A stretch of DNA of 64,000 nt from the NCBI GenBank assembly GCA_963737265.1, contig CAVTRY010000011.1:1024001-1088000 (forward strand). The letters are read 5' to 3'. Numbering within the stretch: position 1 is the stretch's first letter; each line of letters opens with the position of its first letter. The notes beneath the pieces were generated by a model. The model did not search any database. It was not told where the DNA came from and saw only the letters and a program-made list of their open reading frames with translations. The position numbers were made by a program, and so were the translations under genes. The stretch comes from an uncultured delta proteobacterium. Its GTDB lineage: Bacteria > Myxococcota_A > Polyangia > Fen-1088. Shown in pieces: positions 49,636 through 58,667 of this stretch.

Positions 49636-50768
49636 ACCTGGAAACCCTCATTCCGCCCACGGACCTACGCGACTACGCCAAGGAGCGAGGTTGGGTCTTG
49701 GTCAAGGAAGCCGCGAAGGATCGACTCTGCGTCATGAACCATCCGCGCTTCGAGAGGAGGCAGTTGGTGTTCCCGATGGACACCACGGCTCCAGACTACT
49801 CTGAGGCCGTGATGCTGGTTCTGGAAAAGCTAGCGATCATCGAAGGGCGCAGCAGGGAGGACGTCTTCAAGAACGTCGTAGAGGCGGGTGATGACGCCAT
49901 CGCCTTCCGGGTGACCACACCTCGGCTCGACGATCGTTCCGTGCCACTTGCCTATGCCGGATCGCTGCTGGCCGGCGCACAGCAGTTGCTCTTAGCGTCG
50001 GCGTGTACCGTGCTCAAGCCACAGCTACATCATCCAAGACTCAGCAGAGTGGAAGCGCAGCAGTTCCTGGACACGGCCAGGTTCCGCCATACCCAGCCGG
50101 GAAGCTTCGTGCTCAACATTTCCTGCCCGGTGCGAGCCATGGATGTGCAGTCCGCGCTACTGCCCGAGGAGACCGATGCGCCATTCGTTCGCAGGGCCAC
50201 GGTGGCCCTACGAAAGGGCGTCGGGCAGCTGGTCACAGCGATCGAGACCGACTCGTTGGACGACTTCGTAGATTCCGCCAGGAAGGCGCCGAGCCCGGTC
50301 GTATCGTCAAACCTTTGCGAGGCGCTCACGCACTTCGAGGACTCGTCGCTCAAGAGCTCGGTCGAGATCGGGATTACGTGGGCGGCCTTGCTCCCGAGGC
50401 CCGTCAATGAAGGGTATGTGTCTGTGGTGCGGGTCCAACACGACTATTTTCCACGCATCGAGGAGGTTCGCCGGGAGCTGCGGGCAACCGAAGCACATCT
50501 CGAAGATGTCTTCCCCGGAACCGTCGAGCGGCTGGACGGCGAGATGGGGACGGACAGCAGGCGTTCTGGCGAGGTGATCCTGTCGCTTCTGACGGCGGAC
50601 GGCGAGCAGGTACGAGCGCGCGCGAGCCTCGATGCGGACCAATACGAGCAGGCTGACAAGGCCCACATGACGGACGGGGCATTCGTAAAGGTCAAAGGCA
50701 AGTTGCATCCCGGTCGCCAGCCGAGGCACCTGAGCGACATCCAAGCGTTCGAGCTGCTGATCAAGTAG
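49632..50768 (+). CDS. Hypothetical protein coupled to the DUF4365-like gene
   Basis: 378-aa ORF, ATGA overlap; TQPGSFV, VSSNLCEAL, OB-fold-like C-terminus. Confidence 0.75.
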   Translation: MNLETLIPPTDLRDYAKERGWVLVKEAAKDRLCVMNHPRFERRQLVFPMDTTAPDYSEAVMLVLEKLAIIEGRSREDVFKNVVEAGDDAIAFRVTTPRLDDRSVPLAYAGSLLAGAQQLLLASACTVLKPQLHHPRLSRVEAQQFLDTARFRHTQPGSFVLNISCPVRAMDVQSALLPEETDAPFVRRATVALRKGVGQLVTAIETDSLDDFVDSARKAPSPVVSSNLCEALTHFEDSSLKSSVEIGITWAALLPRPVNEGYVSVVRVQHDYFPRIEEVRRELRATEAHLEDVFPGTVERLDGEMGTDSRRSGEVILSLLTADGEQVRARASLDADQYEQADKAHMTDGAFVKVKGKLHPGRQPRHLSDIQAFELLIK

Positions 50769-50879
50769 GCGAATCCCAGGCGAGACGGCATTGCCCGCGG
50801 GCCGTTGACCACGCGTTCGACAATCCAAGGGTCGGGTCAAATTGGGCTACAATGGCTGGGACGATGACTGCACAAGCAA

Positions 50880-51394
50880 AGCGCCTTGTCGAAGTCGTCC
50901 ATGACTTGCGCCTTGACCTTGGCCGCGGCCGGTTGGGTGTCGAGGCGTTCGCGCAAGGCCACGGCCGACGCTACCTGCGATGGACCGATGGGGCGCAGCT
51001 CGGCGTCGAGGCCATCTGGGAACAGCGCCTTGAACGCCGGTCCGCCGGTGGCGCTGTTGTCCGTCGCGTGGGCGAGCAGGGCGACCTGCCGGATGGTGCG
51101 CTCGAGCGCATGCTCGGAGAAGTCGCGTGAGTGACGGTGGGCTTTGCCCAACGTCACTCGCCGCGGGAGTTGGTAAGAACCCTTTGAGGGTTCTTACTCA
51201 AGGTCAACGCGCAGATCGGTCATCGCCTGCTCCGCCTCCACGCGCGCCGTTGCCGCTACTCGCAGGGCATCCTGCACGGGCTGAAACGCGCTGGCCAATG
51301 CTTTTGTTCCTTCACTCTGTGCCAGCGCGGCCAGGTGATAGCGCCCCAGGTCCAACATCGACTCCGAGGCCATTGCGGGTTTCACACTACGCAT
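50880..51394 (-). pseudogene. Degenerate hypothetical gene, copy 1 (3'-truncated, hairpin-element insertion)
   Basis: Direct repeat of about 52785-53309; reading frame broken at 51120-51199. Confidence 0.75.
51120..51199 (-). repeat. ~80-bp two-hairpin element, copy A
   Basis: GTAAGAACCCT-CAA-AGGGTTCTTAC and GAGTGACG...CGTCACTC stems. Confidence 0.8.
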
Positions 51395-51436
51395 GGGTTC
51401 CTCCAGTCCCGCCTCCGTGGCGGGCAAGTGACACGG

Positions 51437-51465
51437 ATTGTTGCCGGACATGCGGGGCGTGTCAA
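51437..51465 (-). promoter_or_regulatory. Candidate sigma70 promoter, gene copy 1
   Basis: TTGACA-N17-AACAAT; both boxes conserved and spacer diverged in copy 2 (53352-53380). Confidence 0.55.
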
Positions 51466-51484
51466 GAGGGGCGAATGCGGCCGG

Positions 51485-51871
51485 CTACCAAATCAGCTTC
51501 GTTCCGTAGAGCCCGAACACGGGGTCTAGGGTAACGAGCGGCAAGTCCTCGGCCTGCGATTGCGCTATCAGTACCCGGTCAAAAGGATCGCGATGCGGAC
51601 CTGGCAAGCCGCCAGCGCGCTGGGCATGGTCGACCGTGATGGGCAGGGGCAGGAAGCCCTGACTATCGAGGCATGCCATCACATCGGTAGCTACCGTTGC
51701 CGCTCCGGGCAGTTTGCCAAGGCGGAACTTGGTGCAGATCTCCCAGGCCGACGCCGCGCTGACCAGCACCGTGGTTTCGTCGTTGCCGATGAGGCGCCGT
51801 GCGCGTTGGGAAAGGCGCGGGTCACCATCCAGCCACCAAAGCAAGGTGTGCGTGTCGAGCAGCACCCTCAC
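51485..51871 (-). CDS. vapC: VapC/PIN-domain toxin
   Basis: LLDTHTLLWW, SAWEI, HRDPFDRVLIAQ, LVTLD. Confidence 0.93.
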   Translation of the reverse strand: MRVLLDTHTLLWWLDGDPRLSQRARRLIGNDETTVLVSAASAWEICTKFRLGKLPGAATVATDVMACLDSQGFLPLPITVDHAQRAGGLPGPHRDPFDRVLIAQSQAEDLPLVTLDPVFGLYGTKLIW

Positions 51872-51874
51872 GCG

Positions 51875-52105
51875 CTACTTCTCCCAGACCTTGAGTTCGC
51901 TGGCCGGAAGCGGCTCGAAGAACGCAGCCGTGGTGCGCGCCTTGCCCTTGAGAGCGCCGAACCTGCGCTTGCGTACCGGCATTTCCACGGGAACCAAACG
52001 GACCACGGGCGTGTCACCCCTGGCGATCACAATTTCCTCGCCAGCACATGCCTTCTTGATGAGCCGCGAGAGATCCGTCTTGGCTGCATGGATAGTCGTA
52101 CGCAC
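51875..52105 (-). CDS. Phd/YefM-family antitoxin
   Basis: IHAAKTDLSRLI, GEEIVIARGDTPVVRLVP. Confidence 0.92.
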   Translation of the reverse strand: MRTTIHAAKTDLSRLIKKACAGEEIVIARGDTPVVRLVPVEMPVRKRRFGALKGKARTTAAFFEPLPASELKVWEK

Positions 52106-52111
52106 AACACT

Positions 52112-52140
52112 AGACTAGCTAAGCTGCCTTGGCTAATCAA
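52112..52140 (-). promoter_or_regulatory. Candidate leaderless promoter/operator of phd-vapC
   Basis: TTGATT-N17-TAGTCT-N6-GTG, overlapped by TTAGCCAA/TTAGCTAG repeats. Confidence 0.6.
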
Positions 52141-52390
52141 GCCGGTAGTGCCCTGAAGGCCAATCTTCTTCCGACACTGGCGTGGTGGGATCCTCATGGA
52201 ATACGATGGGCCCCAAAGCCGGGTTTGGACGAAAACGCGAGGCGAAGGTCGTGTCGGCAGGCTGGGGCGTGACCACGGATGAGCTGGAGAGCACGATCAC
52301 CTCGGCGTCGCCAGCGGGCACTTCCGCGGGAACTTCGATCATGACCTTGTGGTCTTCGGGAATGGTGACGTGCACTCGGTGGGCTTGCAT
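52133..52390 (-). CDS. Small hypothetical protein (antitoxin-like, no partner)
   Basis: MQAHRVHVTIPEDHKVMIEVPAEVPAGDAEVIVL; GGAG RBS. Confidence 0.6.
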   Translation of the reverse strand: MQAHRVHVTIPEDHKVMIEVPAEVPAGDAEVIVLSSSSVVTPQPADTTFASRFRPNPALGPIVFHEDPTTPVSEEDWPSGHYRLD

Positions 52391-53028
52391 GTTCGTCTCC
52401 GAGAGATTCTGCCAGGGCTGCCGTGGGTGCGCCTGCCCGATGGTCGATAGTGCCACCTCCTCCCGGTTTCGCCAGGAGGAGGTGGTTTCCACGTTTTTCG
52501 GGCCGTGATGGGCGGAATTACTTGTCCTTCTTGTCGGTGGTCGGCGTGGGTGGGGTCGGCGTGTCGCCGCCTCCGCCGTTGTCCGAGGCGTGGTTGGGGG
52601 CGATTTCGCCTTTGTTCCGGTCTTGCTGGGCGCGGTCGCGCGGGAAGATCTGCCTGATGGCGCCGATGTCGCTGTCATAGGCAGAGACGAAGCGCTCGCG
52701 CGCGCCGGATTCGGTGGCACGGGCTTGGCTGACTTTGGTGTCGCCGGCTTGGCGATTGTCGATGGCCGACTTGAATAGGGCGAGTGCCTTGTCGAAGTCG
52801 TCCATGACTTGCGCCTTGACCTTGGCCGCGGCCGGTTGGGTGTCGAGGCGCTCGCGCAAGGCCACGGCCGACGCTACCTGCGATGGACCGATGGGGCGCA
52901 GCTCGCCGTCGAGGCCATTCGGGAACAGCGCCTTGAACGCCGGCCCGCCGGTGGCGCTGTTGTCCGTCGCGTGGGCGAGCAGCGCCACCTGCCGGATCGC
53001 ACGCTCGAGCGCATGCTCGGAGAAGCGG

Positions 53029-53108
53029 AAGTCGCGTGAATGACGGCGGGCTTCGCCCGACGTTACTCATCGCGGGAGTTGGTAAGAACCCTTTGAGGGT
53101 TCTTACTC
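53029..53108 (-). repeat. ~80-bp two-hairpin element, copy B
   Basis: Same site and structure as copy A. Confidence 0.8.
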
Positions 53109-53202
53109 AAAGCCAACGCGCAGATCGGTCATTGCCTGCTCCGCCTCCACGCGCGCCGTTGCCGCTACTCGCAGGGCATCCTGCACGGGCTGAAACGCGC
53201 TG

Positions 53203-53269
53203 GCCCCTCACCCGCCTCGCTGCGCTCGGCGACCTCTCCCCGCCGTGCGGTCCGCCGTGCGGGGCGAGG
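53203..53269. repeat. REP-like palindromic element
   Basis: Homologous, in inverted orientation, to 39832-39886. Confidence 0.75.
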
Positions 53270-53647
53270 TGGTTTTAGGCGAGGCCATTGCGGGTTTTAC
53301 ACTACGCATGGGTTCCTCCAGTCCCGCCTCCGTGGCGGGCAAGTGACACGGATTGTTGTCCGAGAGGTGGGGCGTGTCAACAGGGGGCTAGGATGGGCTT
53401 GCTTGATGCCGGCGAGGGCAAGCGAGGCACCCATGCAACGAGGTATCCCCTTCCCGCATGCACGGGCGCGAAGGGGCTGCATTTTCTGAACCCTTTCTTC
53501 CCGGCTGCAATCCAAAGCACACTATCTGAACAAGGAAACACGAATGCACGGGCTCGCACCGTTTTGCGCAGGTGCAATTGGGCGAAGGCAAAATGGCGCT
53601 TGTTCGGACTGTGCTGTCGAGCCCGCATTCACCAGCTTGGAGAAACG

Positions 53648-54343
53648 ATGCTTAGATCAGGGTTATGGTTGTCGATGATTGGTCTTCTTTCTCTTGCCGG
53701 ATGCGGCAGTTCCAGCAGCGGAGGTGCGCCGGGTGCGGGTGGTAGTGGGGGAAGCACTGCGGGCGCGGGCGGCAGCCTGGGTGCCGGCGGTAGCGCTGGG
53801 GGGATGACGGGCGCGGGCGGGGCTGGCACGGGTGGCAGTGTGGGGACTGGCGGCACGACGGGTGCGTGCGGGATTGGCTCGGGAACGAGCACCGGCGACA
53901 CCTGCAACTCAGTCGCCCTCAACGGCCCCTGCGTGACGCCTCAACTGTCGACGGGCACCGTGCCCACGGGGATGGGCGGACCGATCAGCAACGGGACCTT
54001 TGTCCTGACCGCAGAGACGCTCTATGCCGACCCGGATGCAGGCATCACTTTCACGGACGCAGGCCTGACCCAGGCAGACCGTCAACAGACGTTCGTCTTG
54101 TCGAATGCAACCTCGGCGTCGTTCACCCTTGACCAGGTGTCGATCACTGGGACACGCACGGACCGATCGCACGGGACAGTGGCGGTCGCGGGCGTGATGT
54201 TTACATTCACGCCTACTTGCCCGCCACCGACGGACGGGGGCGATGATGGCAACACCGGCAGCTTCACGGCCACTTTGACGACGATCACGCTGATCCAGTC
54301 CGCCGCCGCGGGGACCGTGGTCAGCGTGTACACGAAATCCTAG
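53648..54343 (+). CDS. Gly-rich lipoprotein
   Basis: Lipobox LAGC, G/S/A/T-rich linker, Cys-containing beta-rich C-terminal domain. Confidence 0.8.
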   Translation: MLRSGLWLSMIGLLSLAGCGSSSSGGAPGAGGSGGSTAGAGGSLGAGGSAGGMTGAGGAGTGGSVGTGGTTGACGIGSGTSTGDTCNSVALNGPCVTPQLSTGTVPTGMGGPISNGTFVLTAETLYADPDAGITFTDAGLTQADRQQTFVLSNATSASFTLDQVSITGTRTDRSHGTVAVAGVMFTFTPTCPPPTDGGDDGNTGSFTATLTTITLIQSAAAGTVVSVYTKS

Positions 54344-54400
54344 GTACGCATCGCCCGGCCCACTTCTGCGCAAGGCGTAGGGCAGCGAGAGCACGTACTC

Positions 54401-54583
54401 CTAATCCTCGTCGTCCTCCTCGCCGCCCTTGCGGCGGGGCGACTTGAAATCGAAATCGAGTTCCTCGGCGAACATGGTGTCGACTACTTCGTCCATCGAG
54501 CCACCAAGGCCGTCTGACCTGCGCAACTCTTCGCGCTCGAACTCTTCAAAGGTCCGGTAGATTCTCTCGTCGCCATACTTCAT
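54401..54583 (-). CDS. Small acidic hypothetical protein
   Basis: 60 aa, AAGGAG RBS, divergent from parA. Confidence 0.7.
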   Translation of the reverse strand: MKYGDERIYRTFEEFEREELRRSDGLGGSMDEVVDTMFAEELDFDFKSPRRKGGEEDDED

Positions 54584-54794
54584 GTCTTGGTTCTCCTTGG
54601 GTTGCAGGGAAACGGACTACATGTAGGTATAAGTAGTACGTAAACCGTGCGTTCGGTCAAAATTTTCGATCTCTTTTCTTTGCGCCCGGCGGCCCCTGCA
54701 TCGAGCACGCGACGAACAAGCGGTCCGACAATGTTGAAAACTGCCAGCCATTGATGCTAGGAGGATGCACCCCAACGCCTGGGCGACGACACTT

Positions 54795-55595
54795 ATGGGC
54801 CGGGTCATCGCGGTAGCGAACCAGAAAGGTGGCGTCGGAAAGACGACCACCGCAGTCAACTTATCGGCCTCACTGGCCGTGGCCGAGAAGCGCATCCTGC
54901 TCGTGGATATGGATCCGCAGGGCAACGCCACTTCGGGGCTTGGACACGCCCGCCAGGCAGCCGGCGGCGAAGGCGGCAGCGTGTACGACGTGCTCATCGG
55001 CCGAAAGTCCATCGCCGAGGTCACGCGCGCGACCGAGCTGCCCTATCTGAAAATCGTGCCCTCGGGCCAAGATCTGGCGGGTGCCGAAATCGAGCTGGTA
55101 TCGCAGCCTTCCCGCGAGATGAAACTGCGCGATCCGCTGCGCCTGGCGGTGCCCGACTACGACTTCATTATCGTTGATACGCCTCCGTCGCTGGGCTTGC
55201 TGACGCTGAACGCGCTTTGCGCCGCGGACGGCGTCCTCGTGCCGCTGCAATGCGAGTACTACGCGCTCGAGGGCCTGTCGGACCTGCGCGCCACGGTCGG
55301 GCTGGTGGGTCGGTCGCTCAATCCCGGCCTCGACATCGAAGGTATTCTTCTGTGCATGGTCGACATGCGCCAGAACCTGGCCGAACAGGTCGCGAGCGAA
55401 GTTCGCAACCACTTCGGCGACAAGGTGTACCAAACGCCGATCCCGCGCAACGTGCGTCTGTCCGAGGCGCCGTCGTTCGGCAAGCCCATCCTGCTCTACG
55501 ATGTGGCTTCGAAGGGCGCCAAAAGCTACATGGAAGCCGCGCGCGAATTTCTCGCACGCCATGCCCGCGGCGCCGAAGGGGGCAAAACCTCGTGA
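54795..55595 (+). CDS. parA: Chromosome partitioning ATPase ParA/Soj
   Basis: NQKGGVGKTT, DMDPQGNAT, DTPPSLGLL, PLQCEYYALEG, IPRNVRLSEAPS. Confidence 0.96.
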   Translation: MGRVIAVANQKGGVGKTTTAVNLSASLAVAEKRILLVDMDPQGNATSGLGHARQAAGGEGGSVYDVLIGRKSIAEVTRATELPYLKIVPSGQDLAGAEIELVSQPSREMKLRDPLRLAVPDYDFIIVDTPPSLGLLTLNALCAADGVLVPLQCEYYALEGLSDLRATVGLVGRSLNPGLDIEGILLCMVDMRQNLAEQVASEVRNHFGDKVYQTPIPRNVRLSEAPSFGKPILLYDVASKGAKSYMEAAREFLARHARGAEGGKTS

Positions 55596-56489
55596 GCGCG
55601 GGCGGCGGCAAACGACAGGCTTTGGGCCGAGGTTTGGCGGCGCTGATTCCTGGCGCGTCGGACCCTGCGCCGGAAGCTGGCCAGGGTGCGCATACCTCGG
55701 CGGGCAGCGGACTGCGCACCCTCGACATCGAGGCCATCCATCCCTCGCCCAGGCAGCCGCGCAAGCATTTCGACGACGGCCACCTCGACGAGCTCGCGGA
55801 ATCCATCCGCAGCCAGGGCATCATCCAGCCCCTGGTGGTGCGCGTGCGCGAGGGTGGCGGCTTCGAGCTGGTGGCGGGCGAGCGCCGCTGGCGCGCGGCT
55901 CAGCGCGCGGGCCTGCATCAGGTGCCGGCGGTGGTGCGCGACGTGGCCGAGTCGCAGGCCTTCGAGCTAGCGCTGGTGGAAAACCTGCAGCGCGAGGATC
56001 TCGAATCCCATCGAAGAGGCCGAGGGATACCAGCGCCTCGTCGCCGAGTTCGGCTACACCCAGGAATCGCTGTCGGCGCGGGTGGGCAAGGATCGCAGCA
56101 CCGTCGCCAATGCGCTCCGCCTGCTCAAGCTGCCACCGTCGGTGCGGACCATGGTAATCGAAGGCCAACTGAACATGGGGCACGCCCGCGCCCTGCTCGG
56201 GCTGGAAAGCGACCAGGCCATCGAACGACTGGCCCGCCAGGCCGCGAGCCGGGGACTTTCGGTCCGACAGGTCGAGGGGCTGGTCAAGCGCGAGCGGGAC
56301 AACGGCAATCGCCCCGTCCCGCCGCCCACCGGCCCATCCCCCGCCGCCCGCGACTTGGTCCACCGCCTCGAACAGGCGCTGGCGACGCGGGTGAAGCTGA
56401 CCGAGAGCAGCCCCAAGAGCGGCCATCTCGAAATTTACTACAGCTCCCTCGACGAGCTCGACGCCGTACTGGCCAAGATTTTGCGCTAG
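55592..56489 (+). CDS. parB: Chromosome partitioning protein ParB/Spo0J, +1 frameshift near 56003
   Basis: ALGRGLAALI, QPRKHF, AGERRWRA, ENLQREDL then NPIEEA..GKDRSTVANALRLL in the next frame. Confidence 0.93.
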
Positions 56490-56582
56490 CCCGCACTATT
56501 CACGAACATCGCGCCACCGACGAGCGCCATCAAGAAACAGTCTGCGCCAGCCTCGCGAAGGACGGCGGGCTAGCCCGATTTT

Positions 56583-56661
56583 AATGGGAACCCTGAGAGG
56601 GTTCCCAAACCCTCCCGCGACGCCTCGCTGCCGGCACAGCCGACAGGCTCCGCACGCGCTT
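56583..56661 (+). repeat. ~80-bp two-hairpin element, divergent copy C
   Basis: GGGAACCCT-GAG-AGGGTTCCC, CTCCCGCG linker, CGGC-ACA-GCCG, CACGCGCTT end. Confidence 0.65.
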
Positions 56662-56710
56662 GCTCAGCCCGCACAGACACCGATTTGGTACAGCTCATGA
56701 AAAATGCGGG

Positions 56711-57436
56711 CTAGCTTGTCGCGTCCGTGGCGCGCAAACGCTTGGCATGCTCGACCATCAGGGCGTGGAACTCCTGGTAGCTCGCCAGCGAGCGCGGGAG
56801 CTGCCGCTCGCACAGGCGTTTGGCGCGCTCATAGTCGATAGGCGGCCTGCAATACCGGTGGCGGCACAGCACGCGCAACGTATACGCGTCGACCATCATC
56901 TCCGTTTCCTTGTAGGCGTAAAGGCGCATGCTGTCGGCGGTTTCCGACCCTATGCCCCAAACGCCAAGCAACTCGTCCCGCGTGGGTGTTCGCCCATCCT
57001 GGCGCAGGTAGAATTCCGAAAACACGCGCAGCTTTTTCGCCTTGGCGCGAAAGTACCCCGACGCGTGAACGGCCGCCTCGAGCGCGGCATCGGCCGCGGA
57101 CAAAATAGCTTCCGGGGAAAGCAGCGCTTGCTGGTTCAAGCGGCCAAGCGCCCGTTCGACGTTGGTCCAGGCTGTGTTCTGGGTGAGGATCGCGCCGCAG
57201 CAGATCTCGAAACGCTCGGCATCGGTGCTTGGCAGGGAATAGTCGCCGGGATGGTAGCCCGTCAATCGGCCGGTCAGGGTCGGATTGCTTCCCGCGTGAG
57301 AGAGCAGCGGCCACCAGCCTTGCGGGCCATAGGCATCGAGCAAGTCTGACGCGAAAACGTCAAGCGTCGTTCCACGCGACGGAACGAAAGGTCGACCGTC
57401 CTGCGTTTGGGTGATTCGGGTTGCGGCTTCAGGCAT
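56711..57436 (-). CDS. HhH-GPD (endonuclease III-related) DNA glycosylase
   Basis: YGPQGWWP, GAILTQNTAWTNVE, VWGIGSETADS, VDAYT, EFHALMVEHAK; start uncertain. Confidence 0.88.
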   Translation of the reverse strand: MPEAATRITQTQDGRPFVPSRGTTLDVFASDLLDAYGPQGWWPLLSHAGSNPTLTGRLTGYHPGDYSLPSTDAERFEICCGAILTQNTAWTNVERALGRLNQQALLSPEAILSAADAALEAAVHASGYFRAKAKKLRVFSEFYLRQDGRTPTRDELLGVWGIGSETADSMRLYAYKETEMMVDAYTLRVLCRHRYCRPPIDYERAKRLCERQLPRSLASYQEFHALMVEHAKRLRATDATS

Positions 57437-57527
57437 ACCATGGACGATGATGATCTCTTGAAACCGCTCCGACAAGAATTGATGATGCAAGCGTGTCCAG
57501 GCACCACGACCCAACCCGAGCGATGAC

Positions 57528-58658
57528 ATGAAGCTGGGCGAAATCCTCCTTCAGCTCGGCATGCTCACGTCCGAGCAGCTCGAAGGAGCTCTGCGCGATC
57601 GCAGTTCGCCCGGGGCAAAGCTGGGCACGAGGCTGGCAGAGCGCGGCCTCCTCACTTTGGATCAGGTCTCCGAAGCCCTTGGCCGTCAGATGGGCGTGCC
57701 CGCGGCCTCACAACGGCACTTCGACAGGGCCGATCCCGCGATCGTCGCCATGCTCAAGCCGAACCTGGCGGCCCGCTATCTGGCTGTGCCGCTGGTGGCG
57801 GCCCGCAGCGGGCCCAAACGCATCGTGGTAGCGATGGCGACGCCGCTCGATGTGCTGGCCGTGGACGACGTTTCCTTCGCCCTAGGCGCACGGGTCGAGC
57901 CGATGGTCGCGGCGGAGCTCGCCATCGCGAGGAGCCTCAAGCGCTTTCACAACATCGATCTCAAGCTGGAGCGCCCCGCCGTTCACGACGCCTTGGACGC
58001 GACGGCGAGCGCGCCGGCCTCTCGCGAAATTCCAGTCCTAGCGACAGCGTCGACCAGTCCCACCCGGCGGACGTTCTCTTCGATGGCCGCGGTGGCTACC
58101 GAGCCGGCTCGAACATTGGCCGCGCCTGCCACGGTCGACGTCTCGCTCGAAGACGCCATTCATCGCCTTTCGGTCGCCGAGCATCGCGAGCAGCTTGCCG
58201 ACATCTTGATTGACTTTATGCAGCCCCGTTTCGGCTGCGGACTCGTCCTCCTCCTGCGCGGCGTGAACGCCCACGTGTGGCGGGGTTTTGCCCCCAGCGT
58301 CGAGTCGCGCGCGATCGAGACCATCGCCTTTCCCATGGCCATGCCGTCGATTTTTCGCACCGCCAAGGAGCGCGTGGCCACCTTCCGCGGACCGCCGCCG
58401 GCCGAAGGCATGCATTTGCAGGCTCAAATCTGGAAGTACCTGCGTTGTCCCGTGCCAACCGACGTGGTCGTAATTCCCATCGCCATTCGCAACCGAATCA
58501 TCAACCTCGTATACGCGCACGGCCGCGACAGCCGCGGTTTGTCCGACGCCTTCGTTCACGAGTTGCAAGCCGTCTGCGCGGCGATCGCCAGCTCGTTCGT
58601 TCGGCTCATTCGCCAGGCGAAGGATGGCCGGCAGGCGACCTTCCCGCCACCGCGCTGA
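57528..58658 (+). CDS. MshEN/GspE N-terminal domain protein without ATPase domain
   Basis: Tandem KLGEILLQLGML..QLEGAL / KLGTRLAERGLL..QVSEALGRQ; VVAMATP; no Walker A. Confidence 0.8.
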   Translation: MKLGEILLQLGMLTSEQLEGALRDRSSPGAKLGTRLAERGLLTLDQVSEALGRQMGVPAASQRHFDRADPAIVAMLKPNLAARYLAVPLVAARSGPKRIVVAMATPLDVLAVDDVSFALGARVEPMVAAELAIARSLKRFHNIDLKLERPAVHDALDATASAPASREIPVLATASTSPTRRTFSSMAAVATEPARTLAAPATVDVSLEDAIHRLSVAEHREQLADILIDFMQPRFGCGLVLLLRGVNAHVWRGFAPSVESRAIETIAFPMAMPSIFRTAKERVATFRGPPPAEGMHLQAQIWKYLRCPVPTDVVVIPIAIRNRIINLVYAHGRDSRGLSDAFVHELQAVCAAIASSFVRLIRQAKDGRQATFPPPR

Positions 58659-58667
58659 GGACTGCCG

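Larger units (their letters stand above)
52518..53309 (-). pseudogene. Degenerate hypothetical gene, copy 2 (two palindromic insertions)
   Basis: Same ATG CGT AGT start as copy 1; broken at 53203-53278 and 53029-53108. Confidence 0.75.

Noticed and set aside
55592-56489. parB, tssM and ompA as true pseudogenes or programmed frameshifts
   Set aside because: Single-base breaks without slippery sequences in otherwise intact conserved genes fit sequencing error better
57369-57385. GTTCCACGCGACGGAAC as a parS site
   Set aside because: Arm spacing does not fit the 16-bp parS palindrome and it lies in coding sequence
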